A stretch of DNA of 64,000 bases from Octopus sinensis (Eukaryota), in assembly GCF_006345805.1 (NCBI RefSeq), contig NW_021831850.1, positions 124,001 through 188,000 of the forward strand. Reading direction: 5' to 3'. This document shows, piece after piece, positions 1 through 13,240 of the stretch. The notes beneath the pieces are model-generated. The model was not told where the DNA came from and ran no database searches. It saw nothing but the letters and a program-made list of their open reading frames with translations. Both the position numbers and the translations under genes were made by a program. The stretch's first letter is position 1, and each line of letters starts with the position of its first letter.

Positions 1-408
1 TCTGGAAGATCCTGGAAAGAATTGTGCCAAATTTTGGCATTGTAAGCTACACCAATGCTAGAACGGGACGACACTGCATAGTGCCAAAGATCCCAGCAAT
101 GACATCACGCTTCAGGACCAGCTTCTGCAACAGCCTGGGTTTCAAGGGCTTTTTAATATTCTCCCAAAGAGTCTGAGAAACTTGCACAAAGTGGATGTAG
201 CAGTTTTTAAATCAAACCTGGACATCTTCCTGTCAAGAGTCCCAGATGAATCTACCTCATGGCAGGAGGTGCAAATGAGAGTAGCTATATCAAACTCCAT
301 TCTTCATCAAGTGCCACATATTAGACGAGGTTCGTCGTAATAACAGTGTAGTACAAGACGGGGGTGCATCAGCATGGCCGCAGCTCTGAGCTGAAACTAG
401 AAAAAAAA
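1..408 (+). mobile_element. 3' end of CR1-type LINE (family D), cut by window edge
   Basis: Near-identical to 52854-53266 (ORF2 C-terminus ...VPHIRRGSS*, stop at 338-340) with the same 3' UTR tail CAGCATGGCC(G/A)CAGCTCTGAGCTGAAACTAGAAA. Confidence 0.9.
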
Positions 409-409
409 T

Positions 410-480
<71 letters not shown>

Positions 481-488
<8 letters not shown>

Positions 489-618
489 CTATGGAGAGAC
501 TTTTTGAATACTGTGTATATATATATATATACATATAAATTTCACTGTGGAGAGACTTTTTGAACAATGTGTGTATATATATATATAAAAAATTCATTGT
601 GGAGAAACTTTTTGAACA

Positions 619-662
<44 letters not shown>

Positions 663-745
663 CACTGTGGAGAGACCTTTGAACACTGTGTATATATATG
701 TATATAGAATTCACTGTGGAGAGACTTTTTGTACACTGTGTATAT
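481..745. repeat. CACTGTG/(TA)n satellite block
   Basis: Repeated TTCACTGTGGAGAGACTTTTTGAACACTGTG units separated by (TA)n. Confidence 0.95.
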
Positions 746-769
746 ATATATATATATATATAATAATAA

Positions 770-1655
770 ATATTAGGGAATAAATCCAAATTTACAGGGA
801 AAAATCAGATTTAGGATTGGATCCAATTTTAAAGTAAAATATAATATAATATTAATTAGAGACAAAACCACTATTATGCAAATCAAACAAAGAAAGACTT
901 AATCCAATACATAAAAAATTTTATATAAATTAAATATAATTAAGATATCCACTACGATCGTTTCTTGTCACTTCTATGGACATTCATCAGGTGGTTTCTA
1001 GACCTAAAATATAATCAATATTTTTAAGATATAAATTTGAAATGACTAATATATATAAAATATAAAATTATCAATGAAAATATATATAATCAAGAACTAA
1101 AATAACTTCTATAAACAATTGTATATAATGAAACCTAGTATTTAAATTCACATATTTAAAGATGAAATAGCTAATTTCAAAAAACAAAAAAACAAAGAAC
1201 AAAAAATAAAAAATATATATACACACATGCTCATGCACATATATCCATGTATGTATATAAACATATCTAAATACTTACACAAACTCACACACACATATAT
1301 ATATCTATACATACACATAAACATATAGACAAAGATAAATTTATAATGTAGCCGTATACTTCTACACATTACTTATTCATACTCCCACACACATACATAC
1401 AATCACTCATTCATTCATAAACATATTCTCTCAGCATGATAATAACACAGAGGAAATATAACATCCAGTAGCCGCAGATACTCAACCACAAACTTATAGA
1501 AATATTTCATTCTTAGTAAATATTAAATACTATATACTATATATATGTAATAACCATATATAAATACGTAAACAAACACACACACATATATATTCTATAT
1601 ACTATATGCATGTAATAAACATATATAAATACGTAAACAAACACACACAGTTATA
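770..1655 (-). mobile_element. AT-rich Penelope-type pseudo-LTR segment (family P4), no ORF
   Basis: Reverse-complement homolog of ~53950-55337; carries an HHR ~180 nt from the end that abuts (TA)n. Confidence 0.6.
949..994 (-). ncRNA. Type I hammerhead ribozyme (minimal, palindromic stem III)
   Basis: Minus strand: CCAC-CUGAUGA-a-UGUC(catagaagu)GACA-a-GAAA-CGAUCG-UA/GUGG; GUA cleavage triplet. Confidence 0.8.
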
Positions 1656-1703
1656 TATTTTTCATTTTTGGGTCTGTTGACAGTAGACTGAGGTTTTGTA
1701 TGA

Positions 1704-3068
1704 TTGTGGTGTATGCTTAACAATAACATTTTCTATGAGGTTATTAACAACTACAAACAGCAAAAAACAATCAGAAACCTCACCACACTCATACGCCAAC
1801 ACGGTCAGGGACTCACAGAAAAAGAAAGGGATTATATCACCATTTTCAAATGCAAGCCCAGCCTTTTTTATGGCCTTCCTAAAATCCATAAAAACAAATA
1901 CATCACCGAAGCCTGCAAACTCTCCACTGACATCCACATCAACATCAAAGCACCGGAGGACCTAAAACTAAGGCCCATCGTGGCTGGTACCTCCTGTGAA
2001 ACACACCGCCTGAGTAACTTCCTAGACATCCTTTTGAAACCTTTCCTTACCCACATCAAAAGTTTCATTAGGGATGATCTGGACATGCTCAAACACCTCC
2101 CGAAAACAGTTAACGAGGAGGCACTCCTGGTATCCTTTGATGTCATCAACCTCTACACCAACATTCCACATGAGTATGGTATAGAGGCAATTGACTTCTG
2201 GCTAGAAAAACACCCAGAGACATTCCCTGACCGCATTAACAAGTCTTTTATTACAGAATCTCTTAAGTTCATTCTGACAAACAATTTTTTTCTCTTCGAC
2301 GACACACACTACCGTCAAAAATGTGGCATTGCGATGGGTACCAAGGCTGCACCAGTCCTTGCGAACCTCATAATGGGTTACTTCGAACTGTCACTCTATG
2401 AAATATCAAGCCAGAAATTTGGACATGTTTTCCACACCTACCTAATGGAAAACTGGAAAAGGTATTTAGATGATTGTTTCATCATATGGAAAGAACCTTA
2501 TGAAAAACTCCTGGAATTCAAACCCATACTAAACAACATACATCCCAACATCCAATTCACTATGGAATTAAGCAAACATCATCTCCCATTCCTTGATCTC
2601 CTAATTATAAAAACACCTAAGAACCAAATCATAACAGACATCTACCACAAACCTACAGACTCACAACAATACCTCCTCTTTAGTTCATGCCACCCAAAAC
2701 ACACCAAGACAAATATCCCTTTCAATTTAGCTAAAAGGGTATGCACCATTGTCTCGGATCCAAAAACACGAGAAATACGCCTTCAAGACCTCAAAAAAAC
2801 ACTATTACAACGTCAATATCCCTCCACCCTTATAGAGTATGGAATAAAACGCGCCAAAGAACTAGACAACACTACACTGAAAACCACCCAACCTAACACC
2901 ACACACAACCTCAAAATACTTCCATACATTTCCACCCACAACCCCAAAAATATCGAAGCATACACCACAATCATACAAAACCTCAGTCTACTGTCAACAG
3001 ACCCAAAAATGAAAAACATTATAAATACACACAAAATCTTCAAATGCAAAAGGCAACACAAATCTTAA
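1704..3068 (+). pseudogene. Penelope-type reverse transcriptase (N-truncated)
   Basis: FYGLPKIHK, LRPIV, VSFDVINLYTNIP, QKCGIAMGT, RYLDDCF, LPFLD, YHKPT motifs; reading frame breaks at the A-run near 3068-3076. Confidence 0.92.
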
Positions 3069-3077
3069 AAAAAACTC

Positions 3078-3533
3078 TTGACAAATGCCAAACTTCACAC
3101 ACCACATCCACCCCCAACAGTAAAAAAATGTGCACGCTCAAACTGTGGTACCTGCCCCTTTCTACTTGAAGGCTCTGAATTTACCTTCAAACAAGGTACG
3201 AAGTTTAAAATCAAGTCTAACTTCTCCTGTTCCTCCGAGAACCTTATCTACGTTCTCACATGCGCTGGTTGCCAACATAATTATGTTGGACAAACGAGTC
3301 TCCCGTTACGTAAACGAGTAACGGTGCATAAAGAACAAATAAATCTCCCGGAATACCGACAAATTCCACTGAGTGACCACTTAGACTCATGTGCTAAAGA
3401 CTTAAACCCCAAATTCTATATATTCCCCTTCTACCAATGTAAAGACGGGATCACCACACAGGAGAGAATTAACAAGGAGAATCTCTTTATTGAAAAATTC
3501 CAAACACAACTTAATATGCAAACTTCTCGTTGA
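3078..3533 (+). pseudogene. Penelope GIY-YIG endonuclease with CxxxxCxxC linker
   Basis: CARSNCGTC; NLIYVLTC...NYVGQT...LRKRV..HK; C-terminal ENLFIEKF..LN. Confidence 0.9.
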
Positions 3534-4069
3534 TCAAACTTCCTTTCTCTACCTCACTTTTCATGGATGGACTAACACAAATATATAAAGATACCATGCA
3601 TTCATCACTTCAAGCTAAAACTTATATTCTTTAAATATCATTTTTACTATTGTTGTTATTACTATCATTTTTATTATAAATGATATGACAATTTGAAATG
3701 CAATTGTCTATGCAGATTTATATTATTAGAAAATAATGTAAATAAAGTGTTAAAATCTGAAAGTTAAGTTAACAAGCAATTATATAAAAAAGATAATGCA
3801 AATGAAGCTAAAATGATAGTTTTATAATTTGGGTTTTATTGAAGAACTCAAAAGAGTTGTCTCCCCTTACTCACAACACAGGAACTGAAGAACCAGGACC
3901 ACAATTACTACTACTTCCTGTCCTGCAAACATGCTGAATTTAACAACACAACACAACACATGCTCTTAATCCCTTTGGATCTTAACACCTCAAGGTAATT
4001 TTTTCGTAAACAACCATAAAACGCAAGATACACAACGAACTCACAATGTATCGGAGAACTTATTTTTTA

Positions 4070-4457
4070 ATTTTTGTACATTTTTATCATTATTCTTTTA
4101 CAAAAAACAATGCAATTTTCTTTTTTTCCCCTTTCTAATTTAAAAAAAAAACTTCTTAAAACATAAATATTCTTGACAAGTCATACAATGACGAAAACCG
4201 GTTGAATAAATATACATTTATATATTTTATCATTTTCTCATTTTATTAAAATTTTCTTTCATTTGAGCATTCTGCATTTTTAAAAAAAATTTTTCCTTAC
4301 TATATATATATATATATATACATAAAATTCACTGTGGAGATCCTTATTGAACACTGTATATATATATGTATATATATAATTCACTGTGGATTGACTTTTT
4401 GAACACTGTGTGTATATATATATAAAATTGACTGTGGAGAGACTTTTTGACACTGTG

Positions 4458-4521
<64 letters not shown>

Positions 4522-5188
4522 TATATATATATATATATGAATATTCACTGTGGAGAGACTTTTTGAACACTGTGTTATTATATATATTATATAAAATTCA
4601 CTGTGGAGAAATTTTTGAATATTGTGTAATATATATATATATAATATTCGCTGTGGAGATAATTTTTGAACACTGTGTATATATATATAATTCACGTGAG
4701 AGACTTCTTGAACATTGTGTGTGTAATATATATATATTGACTGTGGAGAGACTTTTTGAACACTGTGTATATCTATATATAAATTTCTCTGTGGAACGAC
4801 TTTTTGAACATTATGTATATTATTTTTGTACATTTTTATCATTATTCTTTTACAAAACATGCAATTTTCTTTTTTCCCCTTTCTAATTTAAAAAAAACTT
4901 CTTAAAACATAAATATTCTTGACAGTCATACATGACGAAAACCGGTTGAATAAATATCATTTATATATTTTATCATTTTCTCATTTTATTAAAATTTTCT
5001 TTCATTTGAGCATTCTGCATTTTTAAAAAAAATTTTTCTTACTATATATATATATATATACATAAAATTCACTGTGGAGATCCTTTTGAACTGTATATTA
5101 TATGTATATATATAATTCACTGTGGATTGACTTTTTGAACACTGTGGTATTATATATAAAATTGACTGTGGAGAGACTTTTTGAACAC

Positions 5189-5235
<47 letters not shown>

Positions 5236-5600
5236 TATATATAATATTCACTGTGGAGAGACTTTTTGAACACTGTGTATATATATATATATATATAAAA
5301 TTCACTGTGGAGAAATTTTTGAATATTGTGTATATATATATATATATAATATTCGCTGTGGAGATAATTTTTGAACACTGTGTATATATATATAGAATTC
5401 ACTGTGGAGAGACTTATTGAACACTGTGTATATATATATATTTATATATATATATAATTCACCGTGGAGAGACTTCTTGAACATTGTGTGTGTATATATA
5501 TATATAATTGACTGTGGAGAGACTTTTTGAACACTGTGTATATCTATATATATAAATTTCTCTGTGGAACGACTTTTTGAACATTATGTATATATATATA
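4070..5600. repeat. ~760-bp tandem duplication of PLE1 3' end plus downstream satellite
   Basis: ~4070-4290 recurs at ~4826-5050, each followed by a similar ordered set of satellite variants ending CTGTGGAACGACTTTTTGAACATTATG. Confidence 0.75.
4168..4208 (+). ncRNA. Hammerhead-like motif, U3-A8 core variant
   Basis: UAUUC-UUGACAA-GUCA(uacaa)UGAC-GAAA(A)-CCGG-UU/GAAUA; one extra A after GAAA. Copy at 4914-4952 lacks one core A. Confidence 0.6.
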
Positions 5601-5649
5601 TATATATATATACATAAAATTCACTGTAGAGAGACATTTTGAACACTGA

Positions 5650-5650
<1 letters not shown>
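4323..5650. repeat. CACTGTG/(TA)n satellite block
   Basis: About 20 units, interrupted by the duplicated PLE1 end. Confidence 0.95.
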
Positions 5651-5692
<42 letters not shown>

Positions 5693-6599
5693 AAAAAGGA
5701 GATGTGGAACACGAGTTGTGATATATAAAAAGAGGAAATGAAGAAAATGCTGACAAAATAATTTAAGTAAGGGAGAGTGTATTTAATTAGGTGAAAGTTC
5801 TTTTTTTAAAGAAAAAAAAGAGAAAAATTGGGTTATAATACAATGTTCATTTTTTGTGAATAATTTCAGTGTATAAGAAAAAAAGGAAGAGTCTTTTACA
5901 GTGTTCTGTTTCAGAATAAGATATTTAGTAAAAGCGTGTAATATACAGTTTTTTTGTGGAAAATTTTAATGTCAGATTTCAGTGTAGAATAAAATAAGTA
6001 AGAGTTTACCGGTTGCGCATCTGTTATGCTTATCAAAAGATATTTTGAGTGAGATAGAGTTCCTTTCTGATTGATTTTTTTCTCTTATCTGACTTTATGT
6101 TGGGTTTGCTGTCTCTTATATGTGAAAAAAAGGCTCCGGAGTTGTTTGAGATTTGCTTGGTTTCGCGCCTAAAATTTCTTGTGGACAATGGTCAATACAA
6201 TTTTGATTGGTCATTATAAAGGGGTCACGTGTATGTTTGAATGGAAGTTGGTGTTGGGGTAAGAAAATAGGCTCCAGAGATGTTAAAATTTGGCTGGTAT
6301 CGCGCCTAAAATTTCTTATTGGTCATAATAAAGAGGTCACGTGAATGTGGTCATAATAGAGAGGTCACGTGAATGTTTAGAATGAATTTTGGTGTAGGTG
6401 GTGTATGGAGTTTTCGAAAATAGCGTTGTTGAAAATTCTTATTGTTCAGGCTGGTCAGTAGACGTCATGTGGATATTTTGAATAGCTTTTTAGTGCGTAG
6501 TTAAGGAGTGTATTTTCCGCTTGACTGAATTTGAGCTGGAAAAGTAAGTTCGTTTAGGACAGGAAGAGCTATATGTATGTGTGTGCTCGTGTGTGTGTG

Positions 6600-6635
<36 letters not shown>

Positions 6636-6910
6636 TATATGTATGTTGGGGCGCGCGCGCGTGTATATATGTGTGCGTGTGTGGGTACAATTTTCAATAT
6701 TTATAGTTCTGCTGGCCTTGTGCCTGTATCAGGAAGCAACGTGTTTGTGTGAAGTCAATATTTACAAAAAATAGTGTTGGATGTTTTGCACCCGTATCAA
6801 ATTATGTGTATGTGTGGAACCATATGTTTGCGTGTGTCATGGTGTTAATATCTGGGTAAAAGTGTGTGTAGGGTGTGTGTAGGTGTAAGTGTGTTTGTTG
6901 TGGGTTCGTG

Positions 6911-7432
6911 TTAGGGGGATGTGTTTAGAAGTGGTCTGTATTTATTAATAAGGTGGGATTCCATGGTTATTCGCTGGGTATGAGTGGCATTGTCTTTAAA
7001 TTTGTAGAGGGGAAAGATTCTAAAATTGGGATGAAGTTGTGCGGCACAGGTATCAATATGTGCACTAAGTGCTATTTTTCTGTATTCCTGTATTTTTATT
7101 TGGGATCTATGGACAGTCATGCGTTGGCGGAGGCTATTTTTAGTTTGGCCTATGTAGTGTTCATTAAAGTCCGAGCAAGTTAAGACACATACTAGGTTTT
7201 CTGATGCGCATGTGAAGTTGTGTTTTACTGTGAAACGTTGTCCTTGTTTAAAAAGGAATTCCGGACCTTCTATTAGGTTGATGCATGTACCACAGTTGGG
7301 TCTATTGCATTTGTTTACTCTGGGTTTAGTTGTTGTGGTTGGCAGTACTTTGGCATTTGTTAGGATGGTTTTCAATGATTTGTGTTGCCTTTTGCTCTTT
7401 ATGATTTCGTGTGTTAGGAGGATTTGGTTCAT
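6911..7432 (-). pseudogene. Penelope GIY-YIG endonuclease (PLE2)
   Basis: CNRPNCGTC linker, NLVCVLTC, HYIGQT, LRQRMTVHR; homologous to 3078-3533. Confidence 0.9.
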
Positions 7433-7811
7433 TCTATGGTCCTTTTTTAATACAGGAATGTTCTGGAGGATGGTGTCAAAAGCTTCATTGTTGAGGGGGT
7501 TGTGTGTAGAGATGTATGGTAGAGTATGGGGTTTCGATGTATCAGCTTTTAGGGCGTCTAAGTTCCTGTGTGCTGAGTTTTAGGGCGCGTTGGATCCCAT
7601 TGTCAATTAGTGACGTGGGGTAATCTCTGCTTGTTAATGTGTCCTTAAATTCTTGTAGACGTAAGAGACGGGTGTTTTTATTGGAGACTATAATGCAAAT
7701 TCTCTTGGCTAAGTTTTAGGGAATGTTAATTTTAATGTGTCTAGGGTGGCATGAATTGGAAGGGAGGTATTGCTTGGAGTCTGTGGGCTTGTAGTATATG
7801 TCTGTTTCTAT

Positions 7812-8762
7812 TTATTTGTTGTGAATTTTAATGAGGATGTCGAGGAAGGGAATTTGTTGAGGGCTGTATTCCATTGTGAAAATAATGTTTGTGTTGAGCC
7901 CATTTATAAGGGTGTGAAATTCTTTAAGTTTCTCGATGGTTTCGGGCCAAAGGATGAAGCAGTCATCAAGATATCTCTTCCAGTTCTTCTCTATGTGTGT
8001 GTGGAGAGTGGTGCCAAATTGGTTAAGAACGTTATTATAGAGGGTGATTTCCAGGTATCCCATGACTAGGTTGGCATAAATGGGAGCTGTTTCCTTTCCC
8101 ATTGCCGTCCCTGATTTCTGTCTGTAGAATTTGTCGTTGAAGGTGAAGAAATTATTCTCTAAGATGAATTTGAGTCCTTCTAAAATAAATTCCTTTTTGA
8201 TGCGGTGTGGGAGTTCCTTGGAGTAATTATCCAGCCAGAATTGGATAGCTTCTATTCCTAGGTTGTGAGGGATGTTGGAGTAAAGATTAATTACATCGAA
8301 TGTTACTAGCAGGGTTTGTTCAGCAAGAAGTGTATTGGGGAGGTGGTTGAGCATATCTAGATCGTCCCTTATGTAGCTTTTAATGTGTTTGAGGAAGGGA
8401 TTAAGAAGGGTATCAATGAAGTTGCTAAGGCGGCGGGTTTCGCAAGCGGGACCTGCTATTATAGGTCTCAATTTGAGGTCATTTGGTGAGGGGACATTGA
8501 TTACAGAGTTTGTGGCTTCCTTGCATGCCTTACTTATTAATTCGCTTTTATGGATTTTGGGAATACCGTAGAAGAGGCTGGTTTTACTAGTGAAATTTGT
8601 GATGAAGTTGAATTCTTTGTTAGTGAGTTCTTCTTTGTTGGGGTTGATCAAGGTTTTTAAGTTTCTCATAATTTTCTGTTGATTGTAGTGTTCACCCTTT
8701 TCGTAATATGTTCCATTTTCCAAGGTGGAGAGTGCTAAGTTGATATAGTATTCTGTCTCCAT
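7812..8762 (-). pseudogene. Penelope-type reverse transcriptase (PLE2)
   Basis: FYGIPKIHK, LRPII, VTFDVINLYSNIP, QKSGTAMG, RYLDDCF, IPFLD. Confidence 0.92.
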
Positions 8763-9190
8763 TAAGGCTACTGCACTTCCTTTGTCGGCCTCTTTAATGG
8801 TGATAGATCTTTCATTTTTTAATTTGTTTAATTCTTCCCACTCTTTCTTGTTGAGGTTTGGTTTGGGTTTTGGTTTGTGTAAGTGTTGGTAGGGAAGTTT
8901 GTAATGTGCTCACAGAATTCGTCTAGGATTTTATTTCTACCTTTTGGTGGGGTGTAGTTGCTTTTATTTCTAGCTAGTGACTCATCCTCATTGTGCTGGT
9001 CGAATAGTTCCTCACTAAGTCGTAATTTTCTACAAAATTCTGTAATGTCTTCCTTCATTTCGTAGTAGTTTGGACGTGGGGGGGGGTGAATTTAAGACCT
9101 TTGGAGAGTAAGTTCAGAAGGTTGGGTTGGGTTCTGTATTGGTTAAATTGATGACTTTAATTAGTTTCTGTTTCTCTTCCCTGTCCTGTG

Positions 9191-10440
9191 TTATTTTGTT
9201 TGCCTGTATCTGTGTGCTGTGTCTAAAAAATGGTTGGGGTAGAGGGGTTGTCTGTTGGTGTTAAGAGGTCCTGTGTGTTTGTTATATTCCTTGTTGTGAA
9301 ATATGGTTCGGGTTCGTGGTTGTGGATAGAATGGGGTGTTCCTGTATTGCGGGTGTTGGTGTGTGTTTCTTTGTGTCATGTTGGATTGTGGTGATATGAG
9401 TGGCCTACGTGGGTGCTTGTATCGAGTGGTATGGGATTGTTGTGTATTGTGAGAGTTGAGAAAGTGAAAATTACCTTGTTGTCCCCTCGTGGTGTGGACG
9501 TTGTTGTGTCTATCCTGGTAGTGGTATCCTCTTTTATTTGTTAATAAGGTATTCGAGTAGTTGTTGATTTGTTGTGTATAGTGTCTCCTTGAAGGGGGAA
9601 ATTCGTTAATGTAATTCTGGTGGTGAGGGTTTCCAGGGTTCTTGTTCCTCCTTATGGACGTGGGGTAAGAAGGTACATCTTCAATATGCTGTTTCCTTCT
9701 TTTGTTCGAGGTTGGAGGGTTGGCGGAGTAGTTGTGTGGTTGGGTTCCTGGTTTTCCCATTTTTATGAACGGGTTATTGGAAGAGTAATCCGTTTTGAAA
9801 GTCGATTCATAGTTTAGGAACCAGGTGGCACTTTTTTCCCAGCGTTGTGGGGATTTTAGTTCCTCTTTGTTGCAGTCATCTTTCCATAACTTGGAGATCT
9901 TCTCTATGTGGAGGCTTTCGGCCTTGTTATTTATTACGAGGAGGATCTCTTCATCGATTGTTTTGACTCTTTCCTCATTTGTTTGGGCCCTTAATTTGAG
10001 AAGTTCAATCTCTCTTTTCAGTCTCTCTAATGCCATTCTTTCCCTAAGTCGTCTTTGAGGTTCAGGTTCATTGGGAATAGCTTTTAATTGTATTTTGCGG
10101 GGAAGAGTTAGAGGGGTAGAGTTCATCCATTTTTCGTATATCTCGGCCTTGTTATTTCTAATCATTTTCCAGAAGGAAAACTTTCTGTCTCTGAGGGTTT
10201 ATTCCATTCTGGGATTATATGATTTTTCAGTTTGTATGAATCAATTTGACATGGTTCTTCTTTGTTTTTGGCTGGGTTGGTGGTGGTGAAAAAGGTGTGG
10301 ATCGTATCACACAGAGTTTGTAGCTTATCGCCGATTTCGGAGGGTTTGTGTCCAGTAATGGTTTCCTCATTAGTGGAGTCCAATTTGTTGACTAGTACAG
10401 AGAGGTCATCATCATCATTGTTCGACCGTGGTCGAGACAA
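9191..10440 (-). pseudogene. N-terminal region of PLE2 ORF (frameshifted pieces)
   Basis: NKAEIYEKWMNSTPLTLPRKIQLKAIPNEP matches 22723-23253 (NKADIYEGWMNSTPIILPRKFQIKLIPNEP); collinear with the RT downstream. Confidence 0.7.
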
Positions 10441-11446
10441 TGGAATTTACTATGTTACGCCAGACTTCACGGTCCATCATAGCATTACGGAGGTCCTGTT
10501 GCTGATGCCTGTATCCCTGGAGATTACATCAGGGTAGGAGAGTGTGCGCCCTCTGGTATTGCGAGTAGATGGCTTCCAGAGAAGAGTAGAAATTACTTCT
10601 TTTTCAGCTCTACAACAATGTCCAGCAAACTGGACTCTCTTACCTTTCACAAGAGATGACACAGGTGGTAATTTCCCATATATTTGCATTTTGGTTGGAT
10701 GGCGCTTCCACGAGAGATTTTGAGCTCTCATAAGGAGGCGAGTGTAGGTTCCATCCAACCGCCTCTCAAGCTTCTTTGATAACGTCCAGGTTTCTGAGCC
10801 ATATAGTAGAATTGGTTCGACTGTGGCTTTGAATATTTCAAGTTTGAAGTCTCTACTTAGATTTGATGACCAGATCTTATGCATGTCATTACAGGCTGAC
10901 CAGGCCATACCCTTTCTAGTTAGAAAGTCTTTTCCAGATGATGATATGTATGACCCAAGATATTTATAATCAGAAACCATATTTAAAGGCGCACTGTTGA
11001 GAGTGTGGATGATGCAATCACTGTTGGACAGGCACTTGTTTATGTATTCAGTTTTGGCCTCATTGAGGTAAAGACCTACACAATTTGAGGCTTGTTCAAG
11101 AGATTGTAAAAGAGACTGGGCATTGGAGAGAGAATCACTGATAAGAGCGATGTCGTCAGCAAAGTCAGTGTCTGTCAAGTACTCAGCTGGGTGTCTGGAA
11201 CTTCTTCTTGGTTTTATTTCAAAGCCCCTGCCAGAGATGGTATCAACTGACATACGTAGCACATAATCAACAACAATGATGAAAAGAAATGGGGCGAGTG
11301 TGTCTCCCTGCAGTATTCCGGCTTTGATTGAGAAAGATGATGTTTCTCCATCAGGGGTTAAGATGGTTGAAGACGTATCTGTGTAGAGGACCTTGATGGC
11401 AGAAATAATTTTGTCTGGTATCCCATAGAGCTTAAGGATTTCAAAT
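10407..11446 (-). mobile_element. 5'-truncated RTE-clade LINE inserted in PLE2
   Basis: RT fragment (DFADDIALIS, YKYLG, ILLYGSETWTL); (GAT)n tail at 10407-10418; 8-bp target-site duplication AGAGAGGT at 10399-10406 and 11447-11454. Confidence 0.9.
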
Positions 11447-11824
11447 AGAGAGGTAGGTGTTGATGTTTTTGAGTTCCTGTAGGATTTCTTCGTTTAAGTT
11501 GATTAGGGTAGTTTCAGTTTTTGTAGGCATTTTCTGTATCTCATGCGGGGATATGATATTTAAAAAAGGAGATGTCGAACACGAGTTGTGATATATAAAA
11601 AGAGGAAATGAAGAAAATGCTGACAAAATAATTTAAGTAAGGGAGAGTGTATTTAATTAGGTGAAAGTTCTTTTTTTAAAGAAAAAAAGAGAAAAATTGG
11701 GTTAGAATACAATGTTCATTTTTTGTAAATGATTTCAGTGTATAAGAAAAAAAGGAAGAGTCTTTTACAGTGTTCTGTTTCAGAATAAGATATTTAGTAA
11801 AAGCGTGTAATATACAGTTTTTTG

Positions 11825-12298
11825 AAAATACAGGAATACAGAAAAATAGCACTTAGTGCACATATTGATACCTGTGCCGCACAACTTCATCCCAATTTTA
11901 GAATCTTTCCCCTCTACAAATTTAAAGACAATGCCACTCATACCCAGCGAATAACCATGGAATCCCACCTTATTAATAAATACAGACCACTTCTAAACAC
12001 ATCCCCCTAACACGAACCCACAACAAACACACTTACACCTACACACACCCTACACACACTTTTACCCAGATATTAACACCATGACACACGCAAACATATG
12101 GTTCCACACATACACATAATTTGATACGGGTGCAAAATATCCAACACTATTTTTTGGAAATGACTGTAAATATTGACTTCACACAAACACGTTGCTTCCT
12201 GATACAGGCACAAGGCCAGCAGAACTATAAATATTGAAAATTGTACCCACACACGCACACATATATACACGCGCGCGCGCCCCAACATACATATAAAC

Positions 12299-12333
<35 letters not shown>

Positions 12334-13240
12334 CACACGAGCACACACATACATACATATAGCTCTTCCTGTCCTAAACGAACTTACTTTTCCAGCTCAA
12401 ATTCAGTCAAGCGGAAAATACACTCCTTACCTACGCGCTAAAAAGCCATTCAAAATATCCACATGACGTCTACTGACCAGCCTGAACAATAAGAATTTTC
12501 AACAACGCTATTTTCGAAAACTCCATACACCACCTACACCAAAATTCATTCTAAACATTCACGTGACCTCTCTATTATGACCACATTCACGTGACCTCTT
12601 TATTATGACCAATAAGAAATTTTAGGCGCGATACCAGCCAAATTTTAACATCTCTGGAGCCTATTTTCTTACCCCAACACCAACTTCCATTCAAACATAC
12701 ACGTGACCCCTTTATAATGACCAATCAAAATTGTATTGACCATTGTCCACAAGAAATTTTAGGCGCGAAACCAAGCAAATCTCAAACAACTCCGGAGCCT
12801 TTTTTTTCACATATAAGAGACAGCAAACCCAACATAAAGTCAGATAAGAGAAAAAAATCAATCAGAAAGGAACTCTATCTCACTCAAAATATCTTTTGAT
12901 AAGCATAACAGATGCGCAACCGGTAAACTCTTACTTATTTTATTCTACACTGAAATCTGACATTAAAATTTTCCACAAAAAAACTGTATATTACACGCTT
13001 TTACTAAATATCTTATTCTGAAACAGAACACTGTAAAAGACTCTTCCTTTTTTTCTTATACACTGAAATTATTCACAAAAAATGAACATTGTATTCTAAC
13101 CCAATTTTTCTCTTTTTTTTTCTTTAAAAAAAGAACTTTCACCTAATTAAATACACTCTCCCTTACTTAAATTATTTTGTCAGCATTTTCTTCATTTCCT
13201 CTTTTTATATATCACAACTCGTGTTCCACATCTCCTTTTT

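Larger units (their letters stand above)
1660..4282 (+). mobile_element. Penelope-like element PLE1 (Neptune-like), 5'-truncated
   Basis: RT followed by Cys-rich linker and GIY-YIG endonuclease; AT-rich 3' pseudo-LTR with HHR-like motif, ending at (TA)n. Confidence 0.9.
5689..11823 (-). mobile_element. Penelope-like element PLE2 (Neptune-like), near full length, disrupted
   Basis: ORF from ATG at 11530 (MPTKTETT) through RT to GIY-YIG (stop 6911); 3' pseudo-LTR 5689-6910; its terminal ~265 bp is repeated directly at 11559-11823. Confidence 0.9.

Noticed and set aside
1704-3533. Programmed frameshift between PLE1 RT and GIY-YIG
   Set aside because: The break lies in an A-homopolymer, and Penelope RT-EN is normally one ORF; more likely a mutation or sequencing error.
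3881-3940. CUGAAGA followed by a CAGGAC/GUCCUG stem as a hammerhead
   Set aside because: Followed by CAAA instead of GAAA, no UH site and no stem I; at best a dead remnant.
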